From positions 1-56,441 of the forward strand of contig CAZVBH010000001.1 of the NCBI GenBank assembly GCA_964625275.1: 56,441 bases of DNA, written 5' to 3'. Position numbers and translations under genes: made by a program. Origin of the DNA: an uncultured Lachnoclostridium sp. (GTDB taxonomy: Bacteria; Bacillota; Clostridia; Lachnospirales; Lachnospiraceae). Below are positions 36,784 through 46,295 of this stretch, in pieces. Position 1 is the first letter of the stretch. Each line of letters starts with the position of its first letter. A model generated the notes under the pieces. The model was not told where the DNA came from. It searched no databases and saw nothing but the letters and a program-made list of their open reading frames with translations.

Positions 36784-37953
36784 ATGAGAAAAAAACAATT
36801 AAAGAAACTAGCTGTTACCACAGCACTTTTTCTTGGAACCTGTGCGGCACTTGCAGCATGTGGAAAAAAGAAAGACACTGATACTGACAGCTCAACAGCT
36901 TCTTCAGCAGATGCAACAGAAGATGTTGCTACACCTGCTGTTGTTGCAACAGTTGACGATGTATTAAGCATTGGTGATTACAAGACCTTTTCTTATGATG
37001 CTTATGTATCAGAGGATACCGATCCCGTAGAATATTATGAAAGTCTCGTAGACACATATGCAACCTATGGTTACACAGTAAGCCTTGAAGATCCTGACAG
37101 AGTCGGAACTGAAGTAGTTGACGGAGATACAATCAATATTGACTACACAGGCTATGTTGATGGAGAAGAATTTGACAATGGCTCAGATACTGACTATGAT
37201 TTGACAATCGGCAGTGACAGCTTCATTGATAGCTTTGAGGATGCACTTATCGGAAAGATAGTCGGTGAAACCGTAGATATTGATGTTGTATTCCCTGATG
37301 AATACGAAAATAATCCTGACATGGCAGGACAGGCAGCTACTTTCACGGTTACAATTAATTATGCAACTAAAGAAGAGGAGCTTACAGTAGACAATGCTTA
37401 CGATGGACTCTTCGGCTTTGATACTTATGAAGACTGTATCGCAGATATCGAAGAATATCTTGCAGAAGAAGATGAAAGCAATGCCGAGTCAGCAGTAACT
37501 ACAGCAGAGCAGGATTATCTTAATTACATTATAGACAATTCAGAATTTGCAGACCTCGATGCAGCAATTGAGTATTATTTCTACATCTACTATACAGGTG
37601 AAGAGACTTACTATACTGAACAGGGCTATGATATGGAGACAATCGCCTCCTACTATGGTTATGAGGATCTTGCAACCTTTAAGGATGATATGTATGATTA
37701 TGCAGTAACAACCGTTAAGGAAAGCATTATTTTAGAGGCAATTGCAGCAGAAGAAGGCATCGAATTTACTGATGAGGTTTATCAGGAAGAAGCAGCAAAT
37801 CTCATCGCATCAACAGACTATGAAGTAGATGATTATGCAGCGCTTTATGATGGCTATTATGGAGACGGCTCCTTCAGACAGTATATTCAGGATACCTACA
37901 TTCTTGATTTCTTATTCAATACTTATGCAACAGTAAATGAAGCAGAAGAATAA
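36784..37953 (+). CDS. Lipoprotein with a trigger-factor-like FKBP PPIase domain and C-terminal domain.
   Basis: Lipobox LAAC. GDTINIDYTGYVDGEEFDNGS...TIGSDSFIDSFEDALIGK resembles the trigger-factor PPIase domain. Very acidic. Confidence 0.65.
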   Translation: MRKKQLKKLAVTTALFLGTCAALAACGKKKDTDTDSSTASSADATEDVATPAVVATVDDVLSIGDYKTFSYDAYVSEDTDPVEYYESLVDTYATYGYTVSLEDPDRVGTEVVDGDTINIDYTGYVDGEEFDNGSDTDYDLTIGSDSFIDSFEDALIGKIVGETVDIDVVFPDEYENNPDMAGQAATFTVTINYATKEEELTVDNAYDGLFGFDTYEDCIADIEEYLAEEDESNAESAVTTAEQDYLNYIIDNSEFADLDAAIEYYFYIYYTGEETYYTEQGYDMETIASYYGYEDLATFKDDMYDYAVTTVKESIILEAIAAEEGIEFTDEVYQEEAANLIASTDYEVDDYAALYDGYYGDGSFRQYIQDTYILDFLFNTYATVNEAEE

Positions 37954-37970
37954 AAAAGTAAAAACAGATT

Positions 37971-38006
37971 AAAAAAGGCAGGGCAGTATTTGTCCTGCCT
38001 TTTTTA
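37971..38006 (+). terminator. Rho-independent terminator with bidirectional A/T flanks.
   Basis: AAAAAA-GGCAGG-N11-CCTGCC-TTTTTT. Confidence 0.8.
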
Positions 38007-38018
38007 ATTATTTGACAG

Positions 38019-38047
38019 TTGCGATTTACTTTCCTGCGTGATATAAT
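38019..38047 (+). promoter_or_regulatory. Promoter of the oxidoreductase operon.
   Basis: TTGCGA, 17 nt, extended -10 TGaTATAAT (38039-38047). Confidence 0.5.
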
Positions 38048-38109
38048 AAATCTCATGGGTAAAATTTCTAATAAATAAAAACATGCAAAGTATTGACGGA
38101 GGTACTATT

Positions 38110-38691
38110 GTGAAGAATACAGTTGAAATCAGATGGCATGGACGAGGCGGTCAGGGTGCTAAGACAGCAGCACTTCTTTTAGCTGACGTATGCTTCAAAA
38201 ATGGAAAGCATGTACAGGGCTTTCCTGAATATGGTCCGGAAAGAATGGGCGCACCAATTACAGCTTATAATCGAATCAGTGAGGATGAGCTGAGAGTTCA
38301 TTCCAATATTTATGATCCTGATTATGTAGTAGTGGTAGATGAAACCTTGCTTGAATCAATTGATGTTACAGCCGGATTAAATCCCAAGGGTGCGATTGTA
38401 ATAAATACAACAAAGCCAAAGGAGGAAATAATACCTCATCTTAATAATTATCAGGGAAAGCTTTATACCCTCGATGCAAGAAAGATATCAGAAGAAGCAC
38501 TTGGCAAATATTTCCCTAACTCACCTATGCTTGCAGCAATTGTGGCAGTAAGTGGTGTAATGGAAAGAGACATTTTCCTTTCACAGATGCGTGAGTCTTA
38601 TCAGCATAAATTTGCAAAAAAGCCAGAGGTTATTGATGGAAATATGCAGGCTCTGCAGGTAGCCTTTGATGAAGTGGCAGCACAGATTTAA
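38110..38691 (+). CDS. 2-oxoacid:ferredoxin oxidoreductase, gamma subunit.
   Basis: IRWHGRGGQGAKTAA. GTG 38110 follows GGAGG. The substrate (pyruvate or another 2-oxoacid) is not determinable. Confidence 0.8.
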   Translation: MKNTVEIRWHGRGGQGAKTAALLLADVCFKNGKHVQGFPEYGPERMGAPITAYNRISEDELRVHSNIYDPDYVVVVDETLLESIDVTAGLNPKGAIVINTTKPKEEIIPHLNNYQGKLYTLDARKISEEALGKYFPNSPMLAAIVAVSGVMERDIFLSQMRESYQHKFAKKPEVIDGNMQALQVAFDEVAAQI

Positions 38692-38706
38692 AAAGGAGAA
38701 TTAAAA

Positions 38707-39012
38707 ATGGCGAATAAAATTCCAACTGATATAAGCAAAATAACAGAAAGCTCTCCATGGCAGGACTTGACGCCGGGCAACCAGGTATATGGACCGGCAA
38801 CCTCCAAACACTTCAACACAGGCGAATGGAGAACAATTACACCATATCTGGACATGTCAAAATGTAAGCAGTGTCTTCTTTGTGCACCCGTATGTCCTGA
38901 TTCCAGTATTCCTGTAAAGGATGGCTTAAGACTTGAATTTGATTATGACCACTGCAAGGGCTGCGGAATTTGTGCAAAAGCATGTCCTTTTGGCGCAATA
39001 ACAATGAAGTAG
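38707..39012 (+). CDS. 2-oxoacid:ferredoxin oxidoreductase, delta (2x[4Fe-4S]) subunit.
   Basis: CKQCLLCAPVCP and CKGCGICAKACP. Confidence 0.85.
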   Translation: MANKIPTDISKITESSPWQDLTPGNQVYGPATSKHFNTGEWRTITPYLDMSKCKQCLLCAPVCPDSSIPVKDGLRLEFDYDHCKGCGICAKACPFGAITMK

Positions 39013-39023
39013 GAGGAGCAAAG

Positions 39024-40217
39024 ATGTCTATAAAAGAAAGATTATCAGGCAATGAAGCAGTTGCCTATGCAATAAAGCAGATAAATCCGGATGTAATGCC
39101 GGCATTCCCTATTACACCATCTACTGAAATCCCACAGCTTGTAGCAAATTACATAGCAAACGGACAGATGGATACAGACTTTATCCCCGTAGAAAGTGAG
39201 CACAGCTCCATGAGTGCAACAATGGGAGCTTCAGCAGCAGGAGCAAGAGCACTTACCGCAACCTCCTCCTGTGGACTCGCATTCATGTGGGAGCTTCTTT
39301 ATGTAGCAGCAAGTGACAGACTTCCAATTGCCCTTGCCCTCGTAAACAGAGCGCTTACAGGACCAATTAATATCAATTGTGACCATTCTGATTCAATGGG
39401 TGCAAGAGATGCAGGCTGGATTCAGCTCTATGCAGAGAATAACCAGGAGGTTTATGATAATTTCATTCAGTGCTTCAGAATTTCAGAGCACAAGGACGTA
39501 ATGCTTCCTATCATGGTTTGTCAGGATGGCTTCATAACAAGTCATGCCCTTGCAAATATCGAGCTTATCGAGGATGATAAGGTACGTGCCTTTGTAGGAG
39601 AATACGAACCGGAAAATTATCTTTTAAATAAAGACTGTACAATGTCAGTCGGACCTTATGCAGTATCAAATTACTATATGGAGTCACATAGGGCTCAGGT
39701 TCATGCAATGGAGAATGCAAAGCAGGTAATTCTCGATGTTGCAAAGGAATTTGAAGCAATGACAGGCAGAAAATATGGCTTCTTTGAAGAATATAAAATG
39801 GAAGATGCTGATTATGCAGTAGTAATCATCGGCTCAGCAGCGGGAACAACAAAGGATGCAATTGACGAGCTTAGAGAAGAGGGCATTAAGGCAGGTCTCA
39901 TAAAGATAAGAGTATTCAGACCATTCCCTGCAGAGGAAATTTGCGAAGCACTTAAAAATGTAAAGGTTGTAGCAATTCTTGACCGTTCAGAGACCTTCTC
40001 TACACAGGGAGGACCACTTGCAGGAGAGGTCATCGCAGCTATGTACAGAAGTGGCATGGCCGCAAAGACAGTTTCTTATCTCTACGGACTTGGCGGACGT
40101 GACTACAAGGTGAGTGATGCAAAAGAGGTTTATTACAACCTTCGTGACATAAATGAATTTGGTAAAGAGGCAAAGCAGTTTGAATATATCGGACTTAGAA
40201 GCCGCGATGACAACTAG
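39024..40217 (+). CDS. 2-oxoacid:ferredoxin oxidoreductase, alpha subunit.
   Basis: LSGNEAVAYA...AFPITPSTEI...ESEHSSMS. ATG 39024 follows AGGAGGAG. Confidence 0.85.
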   Translation: MSIKERLSGNEAVAYAIKQINPDVMPAFPITPSTEIPQLVANYIANGQMDTDFIPVESEHSSMSATMGASAAGARALTATSSCGLAFMWELLYVAASDRLPIALALVNRALTGPININCDHSDSMGARDAGWIQLYAENNQEVYDNFIQCFRISEHKDVMLPIMVCQDGFITSHALANIELIEDDKVRAFVGEYEPENYLLNKDCTMSVGPYAVSNYYMESHRAQVHAMENAKQVILDVAKEFEAMTGRKYGFFEEYKMEDADYAVVIIGSAAGTTKDAIDELREEGIKAGLIKIRVFRPFPAEEICEALKNVKVVAILDRSETFSTQGGPLAGEVIAAMYRSGMAAKTVSYLYGLGGRDYKVSDAKEVYYNLRDINEFGKEAKQFEYIGLRSRDDN

Positions 40218-40227
40218 GAGGAAGAAA

Positions 40228-41169
40228 ATGGCAGAAAATACTTATAATTTCAAAGAAGTTTGCAGCAAGCCTGAACGTCTTGCTCCAGGTCACAGAATGT
40301 GTGCCGGCTGTGGTGGAACGATAGCAGTAAGAACCGTACTCAGAGCACTTCATGAAGGTGACAAGGCAGTAATCGGTAATGCAACAGGCTGTCTTGAGGT
40401 TTCAACCTTTATGTATCCTTATACAGCTTATGAAGACAGCTATATTCATAATGCTTTTGAAAATGCAGGCTCAACAATGTCAGGTGTTGAGACAGCCTAT
40501 AATGTTTTAAAAAGAAAAGGCAAGATTAACGATACCTATAAATTTATTACCTTTGGTGGTGACGGTGGAACCTATGATATCGGTCTTCAGTCACTCTCAG
40601 GAGCAATGGAAAGAAATCATGACATGGTTTATGTCTGCTATGACAATGGTGCTTACATGAATACCGGTATTCAGCGTTCCTCAGCGACCCCAATGTTCGC
40701 AGATACAACAACAACTCCTGTAGGCAGCCAGAGTAACGGAAAGCTGCAGAACCGTAAGGATTTGGCATCAATAATTGCTGATCATGATGTGCCTTATGTT
40801 GCGCAATCAACACTTCTTGGCAATTTTAAGGATCTTTATACAAAATCAGAAAAGGCAATTTATACACCGGGTGCAGCCTTCTTAAATGTAATGGCACCAT
40901 GTCCAAGAGGCTGGAGATATCCGACCGAAGATATAATGGAAATCTGCAAGCTTGGCGTAGAGACCTGTTACTGGCCACTTTTTGAAGTAGATCATGGCAA
41001 GTGGATTCTCAACTATGAGCCAAAGAAGAAGCTCCCAATTGAGGACTTCCTTCGTCCACAGGGCAGATTTAAGCACCTTTTCAAGAAAGGTAATGAGGAC
41101 CTCATCGCACAGTTCCAGGCAGAGGTTGACAGAAGATGGGAAGATCTTCTTTACAAATGCAACAGATAA
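40228..41169 (+). CDS. 2-oxoacid:ferredoxin oxidoreductase, beta (TPP-binding) subunit.
   Basis: CAGCGG, GGDGGTYDIG, YDNGAYMNTG. ATG 40228 follows AGGAGGAAG. Confidence 0.85.
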   Translation: MAENTYNFKEVCSKPERLAPGHRMCAGCGGTIAVRTVLRALHEGDKAVIGNATGCLEVSTFMYPYTAYEDSYIHNAFENAGSTMSGVETAYNVLKRKGKINDTYKFITFGGDGGTYDIGLQSLSGAMERNHDMVYVCYDNGAYMNTGIQRSSATPMFADTTTTPVGSQSNGKLQNRKDLASIIADHDVPYVAQSTLLGNFKDLYTKSEKAIYTPGAAFLNVMAPCPRGWRYPTEDIMEICKLGVETCYWPLFEVDHGKWILNYEPKKKLPIEDFLRPQGRFKHLFKKGNEDLIAQFQAEVDRRWEDLLYKCNR

Positions 41170-41175
41170 ATTTTA

Positions 41176-41218
41176 AGACCCTGCCTCACTTATTAAGTGA
41201 GGTATAGGGACTTTTTTG
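41176..41218 (+). terminator. Rho-independent terminator of the oxidoreductase operon.
   Basis: CCTCACTT-att-AAGTGAGG (41184-41202) with an outer CCC/GGG pairing, then CTTTTTT. Confidence 0.7.
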
Positions 41219-41328
41219 CTATAAAGCGTTAACTACTGAAAAGGCACCCCCAATAAAGGCGTTTTTTTGCTTAATAAGAGGTGAGCTTTTCAGCTAAGCT
41301 AAAATAAGATAAAGGGAAGGTAAGATTA

Positions 41329-42279
41329 ATGGAAACAACAGGCATGGGACTTGAAGTAGTTGACCTGGTTAAAAAATATGGAGAAAAGACAGTAGTAAAT
41401 CATCTGTCATTTACCATGAATAAGCCGGGAGTTTATGCACTTTTAGGCACAAATGGAGCAGGAAAGACCACCTCGATAAGAATAATTCTTGGAATGCTTG
41501 CAAGTGATGGAGGAACCGTAACCTTCAACGGCAGACCTCTAAGAGTCGGAGAAATGAATATCGGCTATATGGCAGAGGAAAGAGGCCTCTATCCAAAGGT
41601 AACACTTATGGATCAGATGATTTATTTCGCCAGTCTTAAGAACATATCAAAAAAGGAAGCAGAGAGAAGAATCAAATACTGGGCAGAAAGACTGCAGCTT
41701 ACGGAATATTTTTATCCTGTAGCAGTCGGCAAAAAAAAGCCAAAGCCATACAAGGCTGACCAGCTTAGCAAAGGTAATCAGCAGAAGGTTCAGCTTATGG
41801 CGACACTAATTTCCGATCCGGAAATTATTGTATTGGATGAGCCGCTTAGTGGCCTTGATCCCGTAAATACTGACCTCTTTAGAGAAATTATCAAGGAAGA
41901 AGAAGCACGCAACAAATATATAATAATGTCCAGCCATCAGATGGCTACAATTGAAGAATTCTGCTCTGATTTAACAATTCTCAATCGTGGCAATGTAGTT
42001 TTACAAGGCAATCTCAATGAAATCAAAAAATCCTACGGAAGAGTCAATCTTGTAATCAAGGCAGATGCAGATATCAGCTCCTTTATTAGCGAAATGAACT
42101 TAAATGTTGTAGAAAAAACACCATCTGAAACGAAAATCAGACTTGAAGCTGAGGAACAGGCTAAGGGACTTTTAAATAAGCTGGTAGAGGCAGGAGTTCC
42201 AATCGTAAAGTTTGAACTCACTGAGCCTTCACTTCATGAAATATTTGTAGAAAAGGTAGGAAAAGAAAGCAATGAATAA
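41329..42279 (+). CDS. ABC transporter ATP-binding protein (ABC-2 / NatA-YhaQ-like).
   Basis: GTNGAGKTT, LSKGNQQK, IVLDEPLSGLD, SSHQM. Confidence 0.85.
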   Translation: METTGMGLEVVDLVKKYGEKTVVNHLSFTMNKPGVYALLGTNGAGKTTSIRIILGMLASDGGTVTFNGRPLRVGEMNIGYMAEERGLYPKVTLMDQMIYFASLKNISKKEAERRIKYWAERLQLTEYFYPVAVGKKKPKPYKADQLSKGNQQKVQLMATLISDPEIIVLDEPLSGLDPVNTDLFREIIKEEEARNKYIIMSSHQMATIEEFCSDLTILNRGNVVLQGNLNEIKKSYGRVNLVIKADADISSFISEMNLNVVEKTPSETKIRLEAEEQAKGLLNKLVEAGVPIVKFELTEPSLHEIFVEKVGKESNE

Positions 42280-43666
42280 ATCTGAATATCGTGGCTTCTC
42301 ACAGGTGTTCAGGTTTACCTTTAAACAGGCATGGAAATCAAACTCTTTAAGAATCAGTACCTTTGTTATGGTGCTAATCATGCTTGTGGCTTTTCCTGTG
42401 ATGGCATATTTTCAAAAGGAAGATACAGACAGCTCCTGCAATATAGAAAAGGTTTATGTAATAAATGATGATGAAGCAAGCATTGGACTGACGGCTTCAG
42501 CACTTAAAAGTGGAATTGCAGATTCTGAAAACTTTGCGGAGCTAAGCTTTGAAGACTCAGATAAGACAAAGGATGAGTTGGAGGAGGAAATAAAAAAGGA
42601 ACATTCCAACGAAGTAATTCTTAGTGCAGTTCTTGACACACTGATGGGAGAGTATTCATTTAAGCTTTATTATGATCCGGACAGTGATGTAGAAGAGGAC
42701 GAGCTTGATGAACTTGGAACAGACCTTAGTGAATGGTTTGACAAATATAAGCTTTCTGCTTATGAAATAAGCGAGGAAGCGCGCGCAATGGTAAGTAAAG
42801 ACATAGATTATGACACAGCTAGCGAAAAAGAATATCTTGCGGATAAAGAAGGCAACGATGTAGTAGTAATAGATAATAATGACTACAATGTTGTCTATGC
42901 TGTGCTTATGATTACATACATGGTGGTAATAATGTCAGCCTCAATGGTAGGCAGTAAGGTTGCAGAAGAAAAGACAAATCGTGTGGTTGAGTATCTCATG
43001 ACAACCGTAAGACCGATGGCTCTTATTACCGGAAAAATCGTTGCGATGCTGCTTTGTGCAGTCGGTGAGGTTGGAGCGATATTACTTGCAGGCTTTATAT
43101 CCACAAAGGCAGCAAAGCTGATGTTTGATGTGGATATGGCGGGACTTTTCTCCGGCTTCCTGTCAACAGATGCAATAAAGAGTCTCTCCTTTATAAATAT
43201 TATTCTTTGCCTTATAATTATGGCACTTGGAATTTATATCTTTGGACTTATTTCAGGCCTTTTTGCAGCTTCAGTAAGCAAGATGGAGGAGCTTCAGCAG
43301 GGCATGGCAGCCTGTACACAGCTCATTATGATAGCATTTTTTGCAAGTCTTGCGGCAGTAGAGCTTATGTGGACTGTGGGAATAAATACTTATGTTAAGT
43401 TTATAATGTACTTCCCTGTTACCTCAGCCTTTGTCATGCCGGGAGCCTTATTCATTGGCAAGGCAGGAATTGTCGATGCCCTTATAGTGATTGTGCTTCA
43501 GGTAATAACGGCACTTTTGGTTCAGAAGCTTGTATCAATGATTTATGAGACGATAATAATGATGAATGGCAGCCCAATAAAGCTAAAACAGATGATACAA
43601 ATCGCAAAAGGCGCAATAGCCGATTCCAGAGCAAAGAGCAGAGGAGGTGCAGGACATGAAGAATAA
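42272..43666 (+). CDS. ABC-2-type permease with a large acidic extracytoplasmic loop.
   Basis: N-terminal TM helix, a ~170-aa D/E-rich loop, then 5 TM helices. The start overlaps the ATPase stop. Confidence 0.65.
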   Translation: MNKSEYRGFSQVFRFTFKQAWKSNSLRISTFVMVLIMLVAFPVMAYFQKEDTDSSCNIEKVYVINDDEASIGLTASALKSGIADSENFAELSFEDSDKTKDELEEEIKKEHSNEVILSAVLDTLMGEYSFKLYYDPDSDVEEDELDELGTDLSEWFDKYKLSAYEISEEARAMVSKDIDYDTASEKEYLADKEGNDVVVIDNNDYNVVYAVLMITYMVVIMSASMVGSKVAEEKTNRVVEYLMTTVRPMALITGKIVAMLLCAVGEVGAILLAGFISTKAAKLMFDVDMAGLFSGFLSTDAIKSLSFINIILCLIIMALGIYIFGLISGLFAASVSKMEELQQGMAACTQLIMIAFFASLAAVELMWTVGINTYVKFIMYFPVTSAFVMPGALFIGKAGIVDALIVIVLQVITALLVQKLVSMIYETIIMMNGSPIKLKQMIQIAKGAIADSRAKSRGGAGHEE

Positions 43667-44984
43667 ATTATCAGGATTTATGCCTGTATTCAGATATACA
43701 CTTAAAACACAGCTTAAGTCCAAAAAATTCATAGCCATAACCTTGATTTTTGCAATCATTCTGCTTGGAGGAGCGGCAGCGGCATTTGTGCTGTTAAATC
43801 AACCGGAGGAAGAGGTCGATGCATCCGAGTTTAATATAGAAAAAGCCTATGTAATAGATGATACAGGTCTTGGCATAGCTGATTTTTCAGCTTATGCAAA
43901 GCAGCTAGAGGATGAGTATCTGACTGGGGTTGATTTTGAGGAATGTACCGATGAGGACAAGCTTATTGAGGAAGAAGGAGAAGACAACGACTTTGTTCTC
44001 GTTAAACAGACAGAAACTGAGGATGGCTATCTGTTGCGAATCATAACTTCTGATGATTCGGATATAGATGGAGAGCTTCTGGATGTATTTGGAGAAGGTC
44101 TTGTAGCCTGCTTTCAGCTTCATGTATATAAGGCTTCAGGTCTTTCAGAAGCAGCACTTGCAAATGCATTGATTCAGACAGATTATACGACCTTGAGCTT
44201 TGACTCTGATGAAGACGAGATGAAGGACATAATAGAGGTCATAGTATTTATGCTTCTTCTATTCGTGATTTATATGATAGTCTTACTTTATGGACAGAAA
44301 ATATGCAGTGAGGTCAGCATGGAGAAAAGCTCTAAGCTTGTAGAACAGCTGCTAACCTCAGTAACCCCGTACGGACTGGTTGCAGGAAAGGTTTTTGCAG
44401 TAATATTAACCTCACTCATTCAGTTTATAATTTGGATTGTGGCAGCAATTTGGGGTATTTTTGGCGGAGATGCAATGGCAAAGATGCTTTATCCAAACTA
44501 CGAAAGTAAGGTAGACTATGCACTAAATATGATACGTGAACTGTTTGGAATGATGGCCTTTGATAAAGCGGCAGTAGTTATGGCTATAGTCCTAATGCTT
44601 GTAGGAATTATATTCTATCTTGTGCTTGCAGGCTTTGCAGGAAGCTTCGTAACTAAGCCTGAAAATGCAGCCAGCGTACAGATGCTCTTTGTGATGCCTA
44701 TAGTAATCAGTTTCATGATAGATTTAATACAATTGGTAAATGGAGAAGGCAGCGTTTCAAATGTCCTTCATTTCATTCCATTCACAGCAGCAATGATAAC
44801 ACCCGGAGCGATGCTTTTAGGAGCAATACCACTTTGGATGGGAATTGTATCAGCCGTCATCTCAATTATAGGAGCAATGCTTCTAATGTATGTAGCAGCA
44901 AAAATTTATAAAGCGCTTCTTTTCTTTAATGGAGCAAAGCTTACACCAAAGCTGGTTCTGGGAATGTTTAAAGCGAAGAAGTGA
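43656..44984 (+). CDS. Second ABC-2-type permease, paralogous in architecture.
   Basis: Same topology. ATG 43656 lies 8 nt after GAGGAGG (the ORF track starts at GTG 43647). Confidence 0.65.
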   Translation: MKNKLSGFMPVFRYTLKTQLKSKKFIAITLIFAIILLGGAAAAFVLLNQPEEEVDASEFNIEKAYVIDDTGLGIADFSAYAKQLEDEYLTGVDFEECTDEDKLIEEEGEDNDFVLVKQTETEDGYLLRIITSDDSDIDGELLDVFGEGLVACFQLHVYKASGLSEAALANALIQTDYTTLSFDSDEDEMKDIIEVIVFMLLLFVIYMIVLLYGQKICSEVSMEKSSKLVEQLLTSVTPYGLVAGKVFAVILTSLIQFIIWIVAAIWGIFGGDAMAKMLYPNYESKVDYALNMIRELFGMMAFDKAAVVMAIVLMLVGIIFYLVLAGFAGSFVTKPENAASVQMLFVMPIVISFMIDLIQLVNGEGSVSNVLHFIPFTAAMITPGAMLLGAIPLWMGIVSAVISIIGAMLLMYVAAKIYKALLFFNGAKLTPKLVLGMFKAKK

Positions 44985-45000
44985 AATGCCTAATTAGAAC

Positions 45001-45016
45001 GAATATCCGCTTTGAT
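45001..45016 (+). repeat. Isolated 3'-terminal 16 nt of the 116-bp element.
   Basis: gaatatccgctttgat is identical to 1766-1781 and 33369-33384. Confidence 0.8.
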
Positions 45017-45086
45017 TATGATGTCAGTTGAGACAATGATTTGAATTGTGCTTTTTTTATTAAAGCGTGGTTTTATTCAAGGGAAA

Positions 45087-45117
45087 TTGTGAATATTGAC
45101 TAGTCATATATTCACAA
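45087..45117. promoter_or_regulatory. 31-bp near-perfect palindrome upstream of the orphan FtsX-like genes.
   Basis: TTGTGAATAT-TGACT|AGTCA-(t)ATATTCACAA. It contains a TTGACT -35-like hexamer. Confidence 0.5.
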
Positions 45118-45153
45118 TGATTGGCATCAGAGACCAACTATGTGGGCTAAAAA

Positions 45154-46290
45154 ATGATTATAATAATTAAAAATAATATTAAAACTGCTTGGAAAACTAA
45201 AAAAGCTTTTGTTATTCTCTTGATTTTAGTGCAGATGCTATCTGCTTTTGCAATACTTTTTGTTATGGGTGCTATTTCAAATGATTATATGTCTTTGAAA
45301 GAAGATATGCATTCAAATACTTATCTTTATTTAAATATAAATGATCGGGAAAATAATCCTATATATTTTAAAGATATAGAGAAAATGTTTTTTGATATAG
45401 ACGAAGAATTTAATGGCATTTATAGTAGTATCGGGGTTTCGTTTCCATATATTTATGGAGATAATTTTTATACAAGTATATTTTGCAAGTTTTCAATAGA
45501 AAATGGCAAATATATAACGAATTCAACGTTAGATAGGGAAAAACTTGATTTGATTAGTGGTCAAATTTTTACGAATGAGACACTTAATTCAGATATCTGT
45601 TATGCAACATTAAGTGCCGATGACGGTCAATATTCAGAAAAATATTATGCATATAATGATACTAAAATAGAAATAATTGGTGTAGAAAAAACAACTGAAA
45701 GAGGTTCAACAGCTCTTGTTTTTAATCCCGCGACAGCCAGAAAAATGAATGTATCTGTAACTGGTATTGTTTTGTCACTTAATCGCATTTTAGCAGAAAA
45801 TGAATTGGATGAATTATTACAAATCACAGATCGTTATATGGGCGGTTCGTATTCTACCCAGCTTGAAACTTATTCTAATGAAGATGCTGCTGCTGTTTTA
45901 AAATCAACCTTTTCAGTATCTGCTATTACCATGGTTGCAACAGTAATAGTACTGTTTATAATCTATAATTTTTTCTTTACACTTAGAAAAAATAATTATG
46001 CAATCATGCAGATTTGTGGCTGCAGAAGATTAAAAGGTACATTTATTCTTCAGGGTGAGATGATGCTGTTAAGTGTACCGTCAATAATACTTGGTACATT
46101 GATTTTCAGGCTTTGCCAGAAGTACTGGTTAAACAGTATATTTATGTATATGGAAATCACCATCACAACTAAAGTGTGTTTATACTTTACGATATTTGAA
46201 ATTGTTGCCATATTTGTTTTGTTCTTTTTGCTAAGTTTTTGGTTTTCTATGAAAAGTATAAAAAGCCAACTGATATATGCAAAGGAGTAG
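45154..46290 (+). CDS. FtsX-like permease-family membrane protein (orphan, AT-rich).
   Basis: N-terminal TM helix, ~210-aa extracytoplasmic domain, C-terminal TM bundle with LRKNNYAIMQICGCRRLKG, resembling the FtsX R-x-x-E-I-x-x-L-x-x-x-G loop. Confidence 0.6.
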   Translation: MIIIIKNNIKTAWKTKKAFVILLILVQMLSAFAILFVMGAISNDYMSLKEDMHSNTYLYLNINDRENNPIYFKDIEKMFFDIDEEFNGIYSSIGVSFPYIYGDNFYTSIFCKFSIENGKYITNSTLDREKLDLISGQIFTNETLNSDICYATLSADDGQYSEKYYAYNDTKIEIIGVEKTTERGSTALVFNPATARKMNVSVTGIVLSLNRILAENELDELLQITDRYMGGSYSTQLETYSNEDAAAVLKSTFSVSAITMVATVIVLFIIYNFFFTLRKNNYAIMQICGCRRLKGTFILQGEMMLLSVPSIILGTLIFRLCQKYWLNSIFMYMEITITTKVCLYFTIFEIVAIFVLFFLLSFWFSMKSIKSQLIYAKE

Positions 46291-46295
46291 TTGGT

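Noticed and set aside
45087-45117. Canonical Rex or CRP/FNR binding site
   Set aside because: The half-sites match, but the spacing (17 nt between TTGTGAA and TTCACAA) is far from the 4-nt (Rex) or 6-nt (CRP) spacers. It is reported only as an unassigned palindrome.
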